64,000 bases of DNA, from positions 7,026 through 71,025 of the forward strand of contig NW_021834236.1 of NCBI RefSeq assembly GCF_006345805.1, written 5' to 3'. Of this stretch, positions 52,930 through 64,000 are shown in pieces. The translations under genes and the position numbers were made by a program. Below the pieces are notes generated by a model that was not told the DNA's origin, searched no databases, and saw only the letters and a list, made by a program, of their open reading frames with translations. Each line of letters begins with the position of its first letter. The first letter of the stretch is position 1. This DNA comes from Octopus sinensis (Eukaryota).

Positions 52930-53370
52930 ATTTTAACACAACGCCAGCAATTTATGGGGAGGGAATGAATTTATCACATCGATAAATTAACTGGTATGTA
53001 GTTTAGTGATTAAATAGTATTAACTGGTATGTATTTTATCGATCTGGAAGGGGTGAAAGTCAAAGTCGACCTTAACGGAATTTTAATTCAGATCGTAAAA
53101 ATGGACGAAATGCCGCTAAAGTCCTTTGCCCGGCGCGCTTAAAACTCTGCCAGCTCGCCGCGTTAAATCTGCTAAAAATATTGGTTTCAAATTTTGGCAC
53201 AAGGCCAGCAATTTATGGGGAGGAGTAAGTCGATTACATCGTCCTTAGTTCTCAACTGGGACTTACTTTATCGACCTCGAGACGCTGAAAGACAGAGTTG
53301 GAATTTGAGCTCAGATCCTAAAGAGGGACGAAATGCTGTTAAGAATTTTGCTCGGATTTCTCACCGCATT
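52930..53370 (-). mobile_element. Two tandem SINE B copies
   Basis: aaagtcgacc..ggaatt...cagctcgccg and ggccagcaattt...gtcgattacatcg...ctggga. Confidence 0.7.
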
Positions 53371-53440
53371 AAATTGGCTAAAAATATTTTAAAACCGAAT
53401 ATTCAGAAATAATTATGCTTGTCATAACCAAAGTAATATT

Positions 53441-53572
53441 TAAGAGATGAGGAATTATGTACGTTATTTACATGATTTACATTTGACAGATATTTGTTCT
53501 CATCTTGTTTGTTATTAAGACAACATTTCGGATGATATACCCTCCAGCCTTCATCACGTATCTTGGGGAATT
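53441..53572 (-). mobile_element. Isolated hammerhead-tail fragment (degenerate), head-to-head with copy 2
   Basis: Matches 44615-44730. The core is mutated to GTGATGA. Confidence 0.75.
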
Positions 53573-53582
53573 ATGCCCATGA

Positions 53583-53658
53583 GCATATAACATAGTGGTT
53601 GGAGCGCGGGCTACTAACTCCAAGATTCCGAGTCTGATTCCAAGCAGTGACCTAAATA

Positions 53659-53711
<53 letters not shown>

Positions 53712-53860
53712 CATCGAAAAATACCTTAGGAATGAGAACCCAGGTTCGAAATTACCCCAAGGCACCTGATGAAGGCTGGAGGCTATAACAGCCGAAACGT
53801 TGTATTAACAACAAACAAGATGGAAACAAATATCCGTCGAATGTAAATAATATGCAATGT
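53583..53860 (+). mobile_element. tRNA head + (AAT)n + hammerhead tail element, copy 2
   Basis: Decayed A-box taacatagtgg (53588-53598), gagtctgattcc (53630-53641), cagtgacct(aat)n, then the same tail as copy 1. Confidence 0.8.
53761..53806 (+). ncRNA. Minimal type I hammerhead candidate
   Basis: ggcac-CTGATGA-a-ggctg(gaggctataa)cagcc-GAAACGTT|gtatt. Intact core and AACGTT palindrome. Stem I is weakened by a C.A mismatch. Confidence 0.6.
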
Positions 53861-54495
53861 AATATTGTAAATAGTTCAGATCCTTCAAGAGAAATTTTCG
53901 TATTATTTTTGATAACGCTTTCATCAGTCTTTTCAAATAGTATTTTGTTACAAAACGACAGTCCTGAGTTCCTAAGTTCTTCCTTAACTGCTTGATTTGA
54001 GAAGTAATCGTTTGTGGTGGTTCAGAAACTCACTTTGCACGCACATGGTTCCGGGATTAGTTTCATGGAGCGGGACCTGGAACAAGTGTCTTCTACTATA
54101 TTCCCGAGTTGACTAGTGCTTTGTGAGTGAAGTTAGTGGGTGGAAGTCCATTGTATATGTGCAATTATATATATATATTCATAGATGAAATAATGAAAGA
54201 TTATCAATCCGGGCAAAATACTTCATGAGCTCTCTGTTGGCACACCAGGCAAGCAATATTATCTAGATAAGTGAAGAACTCAAAGCAATGGCTCTCATGA
54301 ATGTAGTATTAATTCTCTTTGGTCGTTCAATTTAGTTCAATTGATCATTAGACCAATTGAGTAAGCCTATCAGTAATGCACCTATAATGACTACTGGAAA
54401 CAGCTGTAAGCAAAATTTGCTGCAATAAAGGAATTATATGTAGTGACCATTGTCTCTTATGCATACATACAAATATATACCTATGTAAAATATAC

Positions 54496-54543
<48 letters not shown>

Positions 54544-54544
<1 letters not shown>

Positions 54545-54862
54545 TTGTTATATTTCGGAATGGTCATTTTGCCAGTTTAGCCCCTTCAGTGTTATTTATT
54601 TTTTACATTAATCTTAATCTTATTTCGGCAAGAGTTCTTTCGTCACACTCCTGTGACCGCATCAGTGGTCCTTTGTTTTCTTCTTTCTTATTTGTGTCTC
54701 TCCTTACTAACCGTCAACCATTTTGTAAAAAATAAATAACACTGAAGCAAAGTAACACCAAATATATAGTGCGTGTGTTTTTATTGGCTAAACTGGCAAA
54801 ATGACCATTCCGAAATATAACAATATCTGTTTCAACACACGGCTTCACATAAAAAATCTTGC

Positions 54863-54870
<8 letters not shown>
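54544..54870. mobile_element. Penelope-like remnant with inverted ends between (TA)n tracts
   Basis: Perfect inverted repeats: 39 bp (54544-54582 / 54786-54824) and 24 bp (54584-54607 / 54724-54747). Contains hammerhead-like motifs with C at position 9. Confidence 0.6.
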
Positions 54871-54930
<60 letters not shown>

Positions 54931-55379
54931 TGCGAGTGTCCGGTAGAATAAGTGCCAGATGTAAAAATGAGTTGTTCGACTAATCTTATCAAGGTTGTGC
55001 TCCAGTATGGCCGCAGTCCCATGACTGAAGTAAGTGAAAGTGAAAACACAATATATAAAGATGAAGCTAGAAATCTGTGGTGGGGGTAGAGGTGATAGTA
55101 AATTAAATCGATCTTAATATTTGGCTGTCAGGTTTTTTTCATCGACCCCACCCCGACGGGAGGATGAAAGGAAACAGCTAACCTCTTTTGCATTTGAACC
55201 TAGAACGTAATGCACGAAAATTAAACACCACAACGCCTGTTGTTCAACACTTCAATGATTATCTCAGTCTTACAGCCCTGAAGAGCCAGAACTACAGAGC
55301 ATTTTACCTCCCGAGTTCAATCTTGCTGAGAACATACTATCGGGTCTTCTTCCGAGAGTTGAAAAGAATATTATATTAA

Positions 55380-55750
55380 CTTTTACGTTCTGAGTTCAAA
55401 TTCCGCCGGGGTCGACTTCGCCTTTCATCCTTTCGAGGTCGATAAATTAAGTACCAGTTACGCACTGGGTTCGATCTAATCGACTTAATCCCTTTGTCTG
55501 TCCTTGTTTGTCCCCTCCATGTTTAGCCCTTAGTGGGCAATAAAGAAATAAGAAACGTTAGCATGCCGGGCGAAATTCTTAGCGATATTTTGTCTGTCTT
55601 TACGTTCTTAGTTCAAATTTCGCCGAGTTCGACTTGCCTTTCATCCTTTCGGGGTCGATAAATTAAGTACCAGTTGCGTACCGGGGTCGATCTAGTCGAC
55701 TGGCCACATCCCCCAAAATTTCAGACCTTGTGCCTAGAGTAGAAACGAAT
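55380..55750 (+). mobile_element. SINE family B dimer
   Basis: Two units, ending ccttgtgcctagagtagaaacgaat. Confidence 0.85.
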
Positions 55751-55899
55751 TATGTTTAATGCTGTAGCAAATCTTCAAACCAGCAGTCTGGTCTGAGAAA
55801 TAGCTTCTCTTTCCCCTCATGCCAAACATAGAATAGACCAAGCCGAATGCTATGCCTTAGATTGCATCCACTGAGCAAGCCATCAGCTATTCTTTTATT

Positions 55900-56293
55900 C
55901 TCTTCTTTTTCTTGTTCAAGGCATTCGACTGCGGTCATGCTGGAGCACCGCCTTTAGTCGAACAAATCGACCCCACAACTCATTCTTTGTAATCCTAGCA
56001 CTTTATTCTATCGATTCTTTTGCCGATCCGCTATGTTACGGGAACGTAAACACACCAACAGCGGTTGTCAAGTGAAGATGGGGGAACAAACACAAATACA
56101 CAAATACATGCATGCATATATATATATATATATATATATACCACATGCTTCTTTCAGTTTCTGTCTACCAAATACACTAATAAGGCTTCTGTCGGCCAGC
56201 GTTTATAGTGGAAAACACTTGCACAAGGTGCAATTAATGTTGACTCTTGCTTAAGAAGACGTTACTTGATGAATTTTGGAAAATCAAGCATTT
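55900..56293 (-). mobile_element. SINE family A variant with a non-tRNA 5' segment, second copy
   Basis: Same junction and ~60-bp extra segment as 4772-5200. Confidence 0.75.
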
Positions 56294-56294
56294 C

Positions 56295-56838
56295 TTTGTA
56301 GGCCTGGTACTTATTCAATGTGTTCTCTATTGCTGAACCGCTAAGTTACGGGGACGTATACTCACCAGCATCGGTTGACAAGTGATGGTGTGTGTGTGTG
56401 CGGGGAGGACAAGCAGAGACACACAGATACATATACATATATAGAAGGAACAAAGGCCAATTTCATAAGGCTTAATTTGCCTCAATTCAAGCGAGTGCCA
56501 GATTGGCGTAGTCGTGTAGGCCTACGCCTCTGGAGCCGGCGATCTGGGTTCGAATCCCGCTGGGATCGTGAACCTTCACACCTGGGTCGTCCGAGTTCTC
56601 TCTAGTGTAACCAGCTGGAAACGGATATTTAGCCCTTCTCAGGGCCGAAGCAGGGAACCAGAGAAACCAATCCCACCTAAGGCGTACTAAAACGGACAGC
56701 AGGTGGACATCCGGGAGTAATGACTCGGATGTGGGCCGACCCCCTCAGAGTGTCAGGATTTAAAGGTCGAAACTCTTGCCTAAAGGGGATTTCTCCTCTT
56801 AGGACCACCTGCTGTTACGCTCTCCTCGAGTTTCTGTC

Positions 56839-56921
<83 letters not shown>

Positions 56922-57060
56922 CACGACAGGATTCTTTCAGTTTCTGTCTGCCAAATCGACTCACAAGTCTTTGGGTGGCTCGAAGCTATAGTAGAAGACA
57001 CTTGCCAAAGATGCCATGTGGTTGGTAAGCAAGCTTCTTATCACACAGCCACTCCTGCGA
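56295..57060 (-). mobile_element. SINE family A split at its internal (TA)n by a ~390-bp insertion
   Basis: 3' half at 56295-56450, 5' half at 56915-57060. Confidence 0.8.
56453..56840 (+). mobile_element. GC-rich structured element with a tRNA-like head (unclassified)
   Basis: A-box-like tggcgtagtcgtgt, B-box gggttcgaatccc (~56546-56558) and an 11-bp helix acagcaggtgg/ccacctgctgt (56696-56706 / 56805-56815) enclosing hairpins. The acceptor and anticodon stems pair poorly, so this is not an intact tRNA. Confidence 0.55.
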
Positions 57061-57499
57061 TTATTCTTTTCAAAGCAACACGTAAACCATACGATATAAA
57101 ATTATGTAACATACTGATATTTAGATATATCGATTTGGCTTTGACATGAAGAGAAAACAAAATCATAGATTAACTTTGTAACACTACTACTTATCAATGT
57201 TTATATTCTTTATATTGACTATTGTCAGCAATAACTTTTATTGTTTCCCTGTTTGCAAAGAGGCCATTCGCTGGTTTACTGTGATATAACAAGCGTAACA
57301 AAGCATTTTCGGTACAACTTGGGCAAAACAAGTGCAACAAAAGCGTTTTCTTTGTGAAGCACCAGTTTTCTCCTAGTTTACGTATATATTTTGCCCTTAT
57401 ACATCGACAAGATGTAGATATACATACATTTTCGAGTATTAATTTTCATTCGGAAAATTATTAGTTGATAGTATATTTGTTCAAGACGAACTAATCCTT

Positions 57500-57805
57500 C
57501 ATTTGGTTCCCAAACTTATCGGGCTGCCGTCCCCTTGATACAGGGCGCATTCCTAGCGCCCCAGCCCAACTAACAATCTCAAAAAAAGACCGTTATCTAA
57601 AGCAAATTAAAAGCAACTGTATTTCACAAATAAAACTTAACCTAATGAAACCATTATTTTGTTGTTTTTACATGAATTGCCACTCCATTGTCGCCCCAAT
57701 GTTTTATGTATCGCTACCCCAGCATCGCCCCACTTTCCTTCAACGCCCACTTCGAACTTTCCAGCGCCCTCAGGGGGGCTATACTGACCACTTTGAGAAG
57801 CACTG
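57500..57805. mobile_element. hAT-like MITE, degenerate
   Basis: Ends catttggttcccaaact and ctttgagaagcactg. No clear TSD. Confidence 0.45.
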
Positions 57806-58105
57806 ATTTAGAGGAACTATAGAAAATTCACATGTAGTACTCAGACAATCTGCGTACAAACAACGTCAATATCATAGATGGGTAAACAGAAAGATAGAAA
57901 CACAACACACACATACAGAAGGGCGGATAAATAGGAGGACAGACATATGCAGACATAGAGATAAAGATATATATATATATATATATATAGTAAATCCCCA
58001 AAATGGTGAACAAACACAAAAAAACAACAACGCGAGGACGTGGTACATGTAAAGTATTAGCAGACTATCAGGGAAAGAAAGAAAGATTCAGATTCAGATG
58101 TGATT

Positions 58106-58140
<35 letters not shown>

Positions 58141-58420
58141 ACAATTGAGGGTAAAATTAATTAATTAATCAATTTCACCAAGTGTTCAGTATGCAAAGGG
58201 ACCATTTAAGGCGAATTCAAAGTATTACATTATATAAAAGGGCTTAGTAAAATAAATTACTTTGCCGCATACTGAATTCATTAGAAATAGCAGCTAAAAA
58301 AACATTTATAAAACTATTTCTAATACTTAAAGAAAACCTCTCTCATATAGTGTTTGCTCAATTCAACTCACGGAAGTATGGGGGGGTAGAGACATTAAAA
58401 AATCAGATGCAAAGGTTATT

Positions 58421-58473
58421 TGAGAACGTACGTTTCAAGATTAGTCAAACTCGACACTTCTATCATCAGCTCA
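58421..58473 (-). ncRNA. Type I hammerhead candidate (left arm)
   Basis: Exact mirror of 59176-59228. Confidence 0.6.
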
Positions 58474-59175
58474 GAACTCCCTGGTTTGGATTTGAAAACA
58501 CTGAAAGTGGGAGCATACTCCTTCGGCCTCCTATCGCTTCTGAAGATCCGCTCGTAACTAACAGTGCCAACAAACTCAAATATGCAAGCGAAGAATTTCT
58601 GCTCTCCCCTTTCCACCAGCGTGGGTTAAAATCAGCAAACACTATGCTTTTTTCGGTAAAATCCGAGGCATTTAAATAGAGAGAGATGAATTATAATTTC
58701 AACAATTGAGGGTAAAATTAATTAATTAATCAATTTCACCAAGTGTTCAGTATGCAAAGGGACCATTTAAGGCGAATTCAAATTATTACATTATATAAAA
58801 GGGCTTAGTAAAATAAATTACTTTGCCGCATACTGAATTCATTAAGCCCTTTTATATAATGTAATAATTTGAATTCGCCTTAAATGGTCCCTTTGCATAC
58901 TGAACACTTGGTGAAATTGATTAATTAATTAATTTTACCCTCAATTGTTGAAATTATAATTCATCTCTCTCTATTTAAATGCCTCGGATTTTACCGAAAA
59001 AAGCATAGTGTTTGCTGATTTTAACCCACGCTGGTGGAAAGGGAGAGCAGAAATTCTTCGCTTGCATATTTGAGTTTGTTGGCACTGTTAGTTACGAGCG
59101 GATCTTCAGAAGCGATAGGAGGCCGAAGGAGTATGCTCCCACTTTCAGTGTTTTCAAATCCAAACCAGGGAGTTC

Positions 59176-59228
59176 TGAGCTGATGATAGAAGTGTCGAGT
59201 TTGACTAATCTTGAAACGTACGTTCTCA
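59176..59228 (+). ncRNA. Type I hammerhead candidate (right arm)
   Basis: tgag-CTGATGA-t-aga(agt)gtc(gagttt)gac(taa)tct-t-GAAACGTACGTT|ctca. 4-bp stem I, intact core, 10-nt palindrome AACGTACGTT, GUU triplet. Confidence 0.6.
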
Positions 59229-59406
59229 AATAACCTTTGCATCTGATTTTTTAATGTCTCTACCCCCCATACTTCCGTGAGTTGAATTGAGCAAACACTA
59301 TATGAGAGAGGTTTTCTTTAAGTATTAGAAATAGTTTTATAAATGTTTTTTTAGCTGCTATTTCTAATGAATTCAGTATGCGGCAAAGTATTTATTTTAC
59401 TAAGCC

Positions 59407-59474
<68 letters not shown>

Positions 59475-59489
59475 TATATATATATATAT

Positions 59490-59770
59490 ATATTCTCCGT
59501 TTTTTGCCCGTCCTTGTTTTCGTATACACTCGCTGCTTCTTCTAAGGAATCTAATGCTTTTAGCTTAGTTTTTCCATCGGGCTGGCCATATTGGAGCAAT
59601 CTCGAGTATAAACAGCCGAAATTGCTAAGATAATCTGGTACTCGACTGAAGAAAGAAAACTCCGAATGACCCCTCCTTGTTTTCTTTGTATCTTCTATCT
59701 GGTTGTTTTGTTATCTCTTTTTCGTATCACCTAACTGCCGGATGTTCTGCGTTCTGTTCCATTTTGTATC
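59490..59770. mobile_element. Penelope-like remnant between (TA)n tracts
   Basis: Shares cagccgaaattgc.aagat.atctgg with 2345-2478. Confidence 0.45.
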
Positions 59771-59795
59771 ATATATATATATATATATATATATA

Positions 59796-59842
<47 letters not shown>

Positions 59843-60013
59843 ATATATATAGATATATATTATATATATATATATATATGTGTGTGTGTATGAATGTATA
59901 ACACTGTACTTATTCCAGTCCTCGCATTGTTGTTTTTTGTTGTTTTCTTGCTTGTTCATGTTTGGATTAACTATGTGTTATATATATTATATATAAACAT
60001 ACATAAATATATG

Positions 60014-60044
<31 letters not shown>

Positions 60045-61735
60045 TATATAATATAGATCAATATAATGGTGGGGTTGGGGGTTGATTTAGATTGATTGAT
60101 TGAGAGAGAGAGAGAGGGGGTGAGAGAGATATACATTTAGGTAACGAGATTCTGTCTCTATATTTCTGCCTATCTGTCTACCTATTTCTTCCTCTACTTA
60201 TCTATGTCTCTCTCTCCCCTCTCTATCTATCTATCTACCCATCCGTCTCTCTGCGTGAATGTTTGTATGTATACGTATGAATGTATATGACAGGCTTTAG
60301 CACAATTTTTGTCTACGCAATTCCATTCAGAAAACATTGGTCAAGCAAAGGCTATAATAGAAAAAAAATTCTCAAAGTGCAGTGCACTGGGACCGAACCA
60401 AGAACCACATGGTAGTTACGGAGCGAACTCAATTACAGCATCCACGGTAAAATCTTCATGTATCCAGAAAAAGTGTCAATATATTTTCAATAACCCAGAA
60501 TATCTGAATTTGTATGCAACCATGTGAATGAACATCGCTTGATATTATGGCCAGAGAATAAAAATAACTTTCGCTTCAGTTATTCAGGCTATCTTCAGAG
60601 ATTTTATTTCATAGCGACGGAAATATTCCTTATCGTCTCTGAACAAACTGTCTGTTATTCTAAAATTATCCAAGTAATAATTCAAGGAATAATACCTTTG
60701 AGTTTCTGTTTATTTTAACACTCAAACCAATGTCACCTCTATTAAAGAATCAAGGAATCGCAACGGTAATTTACTCATGCCCAGAATAGTTCCGATTATT
60801 GAATAATCTTTGCCAGCCTTGATTATAAGGGCAGCAAAGAAGAATTATATATAATAAAACCAAATTAAATTAATATAAGGAATCAAATGCGACTAATAAA
60901 TATAAATTCCCATTCCTTGCGATAAACGGTGTAACACTTAAAACCGGTACAGGAAAGAATTATATCGGTAGATTCTATTGTTTAGTCAATAGAATTGTGA
61001 TACACGAATGAATATTCTTCAATTGTAGTGTAAAAGAAATCCGTATTATAGTAATTCCGATTGGTTTCGTGTACGTTTTCTTGAACAGTTCGATCGGAAT
61101 CTTCCTCTCATAAATTCGATTTCTACAAAGTAATTGAAGAATCGCGATTGCTAATATCTGTGGCGGTGGCTTTTCAGAATGGGGGTAGGGTGTCAGGGAA
61201 TATGGTTAACAATATGTGTTCCAGGTTTTTCACTTTCTGCGTTCAAATCCTACCCGGATCAACTTTACCTTTCATCTTTTATGGATCGATAAATTCGGGC
61301 ACCAGCCAAATACTGAGGTCTATGTAATCGATAATTTCTTCCTCTTTAGGTTACTAGAATCGTAAACACGCCGGACAAAATGCTTAGTGGCATTTCATCC
61401 GTTGTAACGTAATTTGTCACGTACAGCAAAGAAGACAACCAGACAACAGTAAAAACAATGTAACGAACTAATCAATCTCTTTACGAACCAGCAATCAATA
61501 TTCTTTAGGAACTAATCAAACGAAACCTGTGAACTAACACGAACTTCACTCGAATGCGAACTCTGAACCTCGTCTATCTCTATCAGTCTATCTCTCGTAA
61601 GGGGTCGTCGTATCAGTCGAGTGGTGGAGTCTAAGTAGTCGATATATGTTCTCCCCCGAAAGTGCTGGCCTTATTATTATTGAGAGAGAGCAGCGCATAC
61701 CATCAAAAGGACCACTGGGAAAATACCCAGTATTC

Positions 61736-62224
61736 TCATCATGAATACCCGTCTGATAAGGGTACACCAGGTACATGCATCACAACCATATGTACGCGAC
61801 ATGGGGATGTCATATCAAGATAAACAGCGCATGACCTTGCAAGTGGGGCCCAGTTAGAATTGACTTCATGTCGAATAGCCCATCTCGCTCAAAAGGTCTC
61901 TGAATAAGGGTTGTTTAAGGATGTTGAACGAAACACCCAGGTTTCGACAGGTGAATTATCCAAACCCCAAAGAATTCCTCTCAACATATAGCTACCATGC
62001 TCCCCAACTACTTCTGCTCGTGATCAGAGATACATATATCATCTGCCACTAATGAACAGGGTCAACTGGTTAAGGTCAAACAACTGACAAGCAATCAGTG
62101 ATACTGAGTAGAATATTTGCTGTAGCCCATCTTATATACTAAGACGAAACAATGTACATGACAACACTTCCAATAAGTTAAGATCAGAAGCCACGAGAGC
62201 CACTGCCTGGTACTGGATCAGGTC

Positions 62225-62228
<4 letters not shown>
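61736..62228 (+). mobile_element. Repeat family D, second copy, with (ATT)n tail
   Basis: Colinear with 41600-42065. Confidence 0.75.
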
Positions 62229-62288
<60 letters not shown>

Positions 62289-62299
62289 GATTATTATTT

Positions 62300-62510
62300 G
62301 AGTGGCGAACTGCCAGAAACGTTCGCACGCCGGGCGAAATGCGTAGCAGTATATTTTTCTGCCGTTACGTTCTGAGTTCAAATTTCGCCGAGGTCGACTT
62401 TGCCTTTAATCCTTTCGGGGTCGATTAAATAAGTACCAGTTACGCAATTCCTTTGTCTGTCCTTGTTTGTTCCCTCTATATTTAGCCCCTTGTGGACAAT
62501 AAAGAAATAA
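62300..62510 (+). mobile_element. SINE family B monomer
   Basis: Head through to the gccccttgtggacaataaagaaat tail. Confidence 0.85.
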
Positions 62511-63282
62511 GAATCATCACTGCTTGGAGTAAAATGCTTAGCAGTATTTTTTTCCGTTCTACGTCATGAGTTCAAATGCTTTCGAGGTGCACTTGTCTTT
62601 CAATAAGTACAAGCTAAGAACTTGGGAGAGATGCAACCGACTAACCACCCCCCACCAGAAAATTTCAGGCTCTTATGCCTAGAGTAGAAAGGATTATTTC
62701 AAATATCAATATTCCACCAGCGTGTGATAGAACTGGTCCTGACATCTAGTACATTTTCTCATAAAATTAATGGCCTTTTGCCATTTCCCAGGAATCAATA
62801 TTTAAATTACATGAATAGTTAGTTATAGTGAAATGTTCTGTTACACTAAAAGACATAAAGACAAACACCCATAGACCCACACAATATAATGACAATTGCA
62901 CATAATTTCACATAACCAATGATATTTATAGAATATTAAAAAAAAAACACGAAAAAACAAACGAAAGACACAATACGATAAAGGAAATCTAACGTAATTG
63001 TATAGTATCAATCAAAAATCACTAAAATCGATGTTTTCCTAATACAAATATAACAGATGATTGAATACATAAACCATATCGTTATACGGGCGGCATATTT
63101 GATTATCAATGATTGTCGTCTTTTTTTTTTTTTGGCTTTGGAAAATTTTATAATATTGAACACAAGAACACATTGTTGATTACGCAAAGAAAGAGAAATT
63201 TCGAGAGTTAGGTTGTGACGAGAGTGAGAGAGCTGGACTAGTTCGCAACTTACTTTATTGAATTTATATCGAATATTGCAGT

Positions 63283-63328
<46 letters not shown>

Positions 63329-63379
63329 ATAAAACACACGCGCATATATATATATTATATAATATATAATATATAATAG

Positions 63380-63411
<32 letters not shown>

Positions 63412-63796
63412 ATGCCTTTACGGAACTGAGGGTTAGCAATAAACTTCAAGCTAGCCTCCAATAAAGGACTTTTGACAATGTAATACGTCGAGAAGTCGAG
63501 AATAAAAACCATTTATTGTAATAATTGCAATTGTTTTGCTTCAGTTAGCTTACAAAAGGTAACAGTTCACATAAATGTTTTCGGTTATCTGTCAGAACGC
63601 ATTCCAATAAATTACATTTACACACATGAATATATAGACAGATGGAACACGGAGAAAAAGCAGAGGCATTCCACTGTAAAAGGTTTATATGTACTCTTAA
63701 CAGATATTGATTAACGTTCAGTTCAACTTTAAATTTTTTACATACATACATACATACATACATAAAACATACATACATACATACATACATATATGT

Positions 63797-64000
63797 GGGG
63801 GGCAATGGCCCAGTGGTTAGCGCAGCGGACTCGCGGTCGGAGGTGCGTGGTTTCGATTCCCAGATCGGGCGTTGTGTGTGTTTATTGAGCAAAAACATCT
63901 AAAGCTCGACGAGTCTCCGGCAGGGGGTGGTGGTGACCCCTGTTGTACTCTTCGCCCCAAATTTCTCTAACTCTTTCTTCCTGTTTCTTGAGTAACGCTG
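63797..64000 (+). mobile_element. SINE family C, running off the window end
   Basis: ggcaatggcccagtggttagcgcagcggactcgcggtcggagg...tttcgattcccaga. Homologous to 19644-19956. Confidence 0.85.

Larger units (their letters stand above)
58139..59416. mobile_element. Hammerhead-bearing 561-bp terminally redundant unit plus inverted copy (Penelope pLTR / retrozyme-like palindrome)
   Basis: 58139-58282 is repeated at 58700-58843 (144 bp, 1 mismatch). Arms 58231-58807 and 58843-59416 are reverse complements differing by three 1-nt indels, with a 35-bp spacer. (TA)n on both flanks. Confidence 0.85.

Noticed and set aside
56497-56570. Functional tRNA gene
   Set aside because: The acceptor and anticodon stems do not pair properly, so it is treated as a tRNA-derived head. 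The same applies to all SINE heads in the window.
58350-59242. Mirror-image ORFs of 66-109 aa in the palindrome
   Set aside because: No RT or GIY-YIG motifs. They are duplicated only because of the inverted repeat.
61410-61690. Possible solo LTR (tgtcacgtac... end)
   Set aside because: Only one plausible terminus, with no TSD, PBS or PPT.

Overview
This is eukaryotic, AT-rich, microsatellite-saturated DNA whose repeat families look like octopus (coleoid cephalopod). That identification is from recalled repeat sequences, not a database search. I found no convincing host protein-coding gene, rRNA, intact tRNA or CRISPR array, and nearly all ORFs in the track are microsatellite translations. 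The window is a mosaic of mobile elements: at least five SINE-like families (a CORE-type tRNA SINE, an internally duplicated SINE with target-site duplications, and others), a decayed CR1-type LINE reverse transcriptase, a possible HERO/R2-like LINE tail, mariner, pogo and hAT MITEs, and Helentron-type non-autonomous elements. The strongest signal that the ORF track does not show is about a dozen minimal type I hammerhead-ribozyme-like motifs from several unrelated sequence families. Most have the form CUGANGA-stem II-GAAA with a palindromic stem III, as in Penelope-like element termini and retrozymes. Three cases stand out. (1) A near-perfect 1.2-kb palindrome (58231-59416) is built from a terminally redundant 561-bp hammerhead-bearing monomer. 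(2) Two copies of a tripartite element join a tRNA-derived Pol III head, an (AAT)n linker and a hammerhead tail (44615-45130 minus, 53583-53860 plus). (3) A 341-bp terminally redundant hammerhead unit lies at 9613-10017. All folds were done by eye and no ribozyme activity has been shown.
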